A stretch of DNA of 64,000 bases from Hormiphora californensis (lineage: Eukaryota > Animalia > Ctenophora), in NCBI GenBank assembly GCA_020137815.1, contig CM035354.1, positions 4,960,001 through 5,024,000 on the forward strand. The letters run 5' to 3'. Made by a program: the position numbers and the translations under genes. The first letter of the stretch is position 1, and every line of letters starts with the position of its first letter. Positions 59,409 to 64,000 of the stretch are shown here, piece after piece. Under the pieces are notes generated by a model that saw only the letters and a program-made list of their open reading frames with translations, did not search any database and was not told the DNA's origin.

Positions 59409-61304
59409 GTATGTTAGATCACATGCTCCCAGCCCCCAGCCTCACAGCCGTCCCGTTACACCTCGCATCAGGCCCAGGTATGTTAGATCACATGCTCCCA
59501 GCCCCCAGCCCCACAGCCGTCCCGTTACAACTCCCATCAGGCCCAGGTATGTTAGATCACATGCTCCCAGCCCCCAGCCCCACAGCCGTCCCGTTACACC
59601 TCGCATCAGGCCCAGGTATGTTAGATCACATGCTCCCAGCCCCCAGCCCCACAGCCGTCCCGTTACAACTCCCATCAGGCCCAGGTATGTTAGATCACAT
59701 GCTCCCAGCCCCCAGCCCCACAGCCGTCCCGTTACACCTCGCATCAGGCCCAGGTATGTAAGATCACATGCTCCCAGCCCCCAGTCCCACAGCCGTCCCG
59801 TTACACCTCGCATCAGGCCCAGGTATGTGAGGTTTAGTATATAGTCGCCTATAGTGGCCTAGCAAATGGCCCTAATAACGGGAAATACATTTCTATCTTA
59901 TTAAGAAGCATTGCCCTGCAGGAACCTTCAATTGTGCGTGCATCTACATGACCGATCACAGCTGCCATTGTCGCTACATACATCTGAAAGGTTTAGTTGT
60001 ATGCAGCGAGTGGTGTAGAGCTTACTAGGTGACTGGGTGAAAAGATCGGAACAAGCACACATCAATAGAACGCATAGGAATCTTTCTCAAGGATTGAGCA
60101 ACTAGAGCGATAGAGTGGATCTAAGATGTAGCTTAGACGTCATTCGAGCGTGATCAGCCAAGTATATCGTGAAACATCTTTTTTTGGTCAAAACTTGATT
60201 GTGCAATATTCAGCTATTATAGCTGTGCTTCCATGGAATCTAGCACAAAAAGCCTTTGATCAGTTTTTTTTTGTATTTGCAAACTGAAGCTGTAGGTTAT
60301 ACCTTACTCTCGTTAATTAAGCTCGTATATTTCAAGAAACTTTTAAATAAGAAACTTTTTTTCTAGGAAACTACAGGTGTAGGCAATCCAAAAACAAAAA
60401 GAATTTCTCCTTTATCAAGAAACTAAACAAGTTAGGGGTGTTCTATTTTATTGTGGTGTCTGTGAATTGTGTGATTTACATTTGAAAAGTTTCTTATAAA
60501 AAAGTTTCTCACTAAAGCGTTTCTTAAAAAACGAAAGTAAGGTATGTTATGTTGCAAAGGGGTGCGGAGAGAGAGAGGGTCTAAAAAGACAAAGCTGTAG
60601 GTCAGCGTCAGCGTCAGCACTCAGCAGGTCACGGCCTGATCTTAGATCTATGTCCAAAGATGTGAAAAAACCAAACTACAGCGCGTCGACACATGCAGTT
60701 TGGTTTTGTTACTCTCGAACAAATAAAGTTGCTAGATAAGAGTTAGAAGTGCCCTAATTTCAAATTTTGACTTAAATCTCAATTCGAGTAATATTTCGGG
60801 TATAATATGCGTATGCACAGTCTCGCCGGCTAGGATTCATAGTTGGAGATAATATTAATATCAGGCTTATGAGCTTAACCGTTGTTGATGACCGTTTAAA
60901 AGTTGAATCTTATTGAGGACACTAGTTATTGCAATATAAGACCAATAATCTCGAAGTCGAACAATAGTGATTTACAGAACAAATTGGCAGTGCGGCAAAT
61001 GAGATAATCTTATTGAGATTAGGCAAAAAGTCAAGTATAATATTGGTAGTATCAAACCTCAGTTCCTTTTTCGCCTGACTCTTCTTGTTGAGAAGAAACT
61101 TTAGCTGTCTCGTAACATACAATGCACAGCAAATAGCCCATGTAACGTTATTACAGGAGCACGTATAATATATTGCTCCACCGGTATTTAATAAATCAAG
61201 ACCGCGGTAATATATTAACATGTGCGCTACACACCTGTCTCTGTTACCCAATATAAACCTAGAGGCCTCAATGGATCGATCATTACATGTTGTCATCAAC
61301 ACAC

Positions 61305-61454
<150 letters not shown>

Positions 61455-61469
61455 TCTCTCTCTCTCTCC

Positions 61470-61525
<56 letters not shown>

Positions 61526-62825
61526 CTCTTTCACATACAAACTCTCTCCATCTATCTAACTCTATATCTCTCTCACTCTCGGATCTCCCTACATCTTTCG
61601 CTTTCTCACGCCATTATCATATTTGTCAGCTGAGATTCAAGCTCTAAGCTGTATGCGGAAACACGTTGCCAAAGTATCACATTGGCATGGGTGTTTCAAG
61701 GCAATTTCAGCTGTCATCTAGCAATCGGATACATAGCTCTAAGGTATTATCAAATAACTATCAACAAGAACGATTCGTTACTATATCATGATCTTGATCC
61801 AACCAGTCGGCCAGGTCCTAATTCCTACACAGCTGTCAACAGAATAGAAATTATGATCACGATCATAAGATATACTATATGTTTGTGCCCTATTTAATAT
61901 TTATAGATATTACGTGAGGATATTGCACCATATCCTAGCTGTCGGCTTGACGTGACTCAAAATATTACTCATACTCAAGAGAATTTAAAACTGGGAAGCC
62001 TAAATATTCGTTACATGCTGTCATTTTGGGTAATATGTAGATGTCAGTTTATCAATGAGGCAAAACTGCGGGCTCCATTACGACAGAATATGTTATCCAC
62101 TTAACTATATGATAGAGATCCCTCTGAGGAGCTCTGAGATGCAGCCATTACATAACACTGTCGCAGAAACAGAGTAGCTAAGAACGTACAATATTCCTCC
62201 ACTATAATACCTACCCTACTAAAATATAGTTCGACGCGACGCGACGCGCGATCGATGAACGATCGATAAACGATCGATAACAGGGTGTGAACTGCATGTC
62301 GTGTTTGCTAGTCGCGAGCGCGCTTGCGAGACAAGCAAACACGTCAAGGTTCATTAACAAGCATGCTGCTCAGTCATTTTAGATTTAATACACAATGTAA
62401 GGATACCATATAATAGGTGAGACTCTTGCCGTCACCCTCGTTCAAGTCCCGTGAAAAACGGAGCAGTACACGCAAACTGATGCCCATTTTCCTCGCGTGA
62501 CCCCGATTCAGCAGTTTGAGACACCAACTCTTTAGGGGGCCATATCTCAGGAACCAGACAAGATAGGAAAAATCGCCGTCTAACGAGGCGTACAGTTTTT
62601 AATCTAGTTTACCACTGTACCGGCCGTTTCACTCTCCGACCTAAAACAAAAATCGCAACCCCACAAAACTTCAAAATAATGAAATTCGCATCTCGCATGT
62701 CGTGTTGCATGTCGTGTCATGTTATTGACGCGCTCGCGTTCAACTCTCACACAGCAGCTGCAGAACATGGCGGGAAACATCGAGGAGTAGAGAGAGGGTC
62801 GGTGCCGAATCAAATATTTCTTGAT

Positions 62826-64000
62826 CTTGATTTACTCCATCTCTCAGCTTACCTACATCCCATTTACTCCATATCTCAGCTTCCCTACCTCCCATTTACT
62901 CCATCTCTCAGCTACCCTAGGGAAGCTGAGAGATGAAGTAAATGGGAGGTAGGAAAGCTGAGAGATGGAGTAAATGGGTGGTAGGGTAGCTGAGAGATGG
63001 AGTAAATGGCAGGTAGGGAAGCTGAGGGATGGAGTAAATGGGAGGTAGGTAAGCTGAGAGATGGAGTAAATGGGAGGTAAGGTATTAGGGAAGCATAGAG
63101 ATGGAAACGATTAGGGGTAGGGAATCCCTATCCATAATCGTTTCCATCTCTATGCTTCCCTAGCCCTCATCAACTCCATCTTTCAGCTACCCTACCCCTA
63201 ATCTAGTCCATCTCTCCGCTACCCTACTCCTCATCTACTCCATCTCTCAGCTTCCCTACCTCCCATTTACTCCATCTCTCAGCTTACCTACATCCCATTT
63301 ACTCCATATCTCAGCTTCCCTACCTCCCATTTACTCCATCTCTCAGCTACCCTACCTCCCATTTACTTTATCTCTCAGCTTCCCTACCTCCCATTTACTC
63401 CATCTCTCAGCTTCCCTACCTCCCATTTACTCCACCGCTTACCTTCCCTACCTCCCATTTACTCCATCTCTCAGCTTCCCTACCTCCCATTTACTCCATC
63501 TCTCAGCTACCCTACCTCCCATTTACTCCATTTCTCAGCTTCCCTACCTCTCATTTACTCCATCTATCAGCTACCCTACCTCCCATTTACTCCATCTCTC
63601 AGCTTACCTACCTCCCATTTACTCCATCTCTCAGCTTCCCTACCTCCCATTTACTCCATCCCTCAGCTACCCTACCTCCCATTTGATCCACCTCTCAGCT
63701 TCCCTACCTCCCATTTACTCCATCCCTCAGCTACCCTACCTCCCATTTGATCCATCTCTCAGCTTCCCTACCTCCCATTTACTCCATCTCTCATTTATCC
63801 TAACATTCCTACCCCTGAGAGATGGAGTAAATGGGAGGTAGGGAAGCTGAGAGATGAAGTAAATGGGAGGTAGGAAAGCTGAGAGATGGAGTAAATGGGT
63901 GGTAGGGTAGCTGAGAGATGGAGTAAATGGCAGGTAGGGAAGCTGAGGGATGGAGTAAATGGGAGGTAGGGAAGCTGAGAGATGGAGTAAATGGGAGGTA
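62826..64000. repeat. 32-bp minisatellite with three strand inversions
   Basis: Unit TACTCCATCTCTCAGCTTCCCTACCTCCCATT; orientation switches near 62917, 63125 and 63812. Confidence 0.9.

Overview
Intron-rich, repeat-rich animal genomic DNA with GT-AG introns and CTAAC branch sites. A ctenophore origin is a tentative guess from the look of the secreted protein at 14.8-15.7 kb and the SxSR-type GPCRs. The six-frame ORFs are mostly exon fragments, so I assembled exons by hand. Contents: (1) 1-11003 (+), the 3' part of a type-I membrane receptor with Sushi/CCP-like and FN3-like ectodomain modules and a Tyr/Pro-rich tail. It has a mutually exclusive exon pair in a Sushi domain, four tandem mutually exclusive transmembrane exons, and five frame-symmetric cytoplasmic cassette exons carrying NPxY, YxxP and ITIM-like motifs. 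This Dscam/Alr-style combinatorial receptor is the main finding. (2) A small secreted Sushi-domain gene (-). (3) A divergent ABI-like gene (-) with no visible SH3 exon. (4) A KIAA2012-like gene (+) from 26295 that appears to run past the window end. Its 20-kb intron holds two antisense rhodopsin-class GPCR genes, an RNase H-bearing LINE interrupted by a non-autonomous Helitron, a second Helitron and a cargo-laden poly-G-ended DNA element. MITEs, splice-junction minisatellites and an orientation-flipping 32-bp satellite are scattered through the window. Several single-base frameshifts in short homopolymers look like consensus errors.
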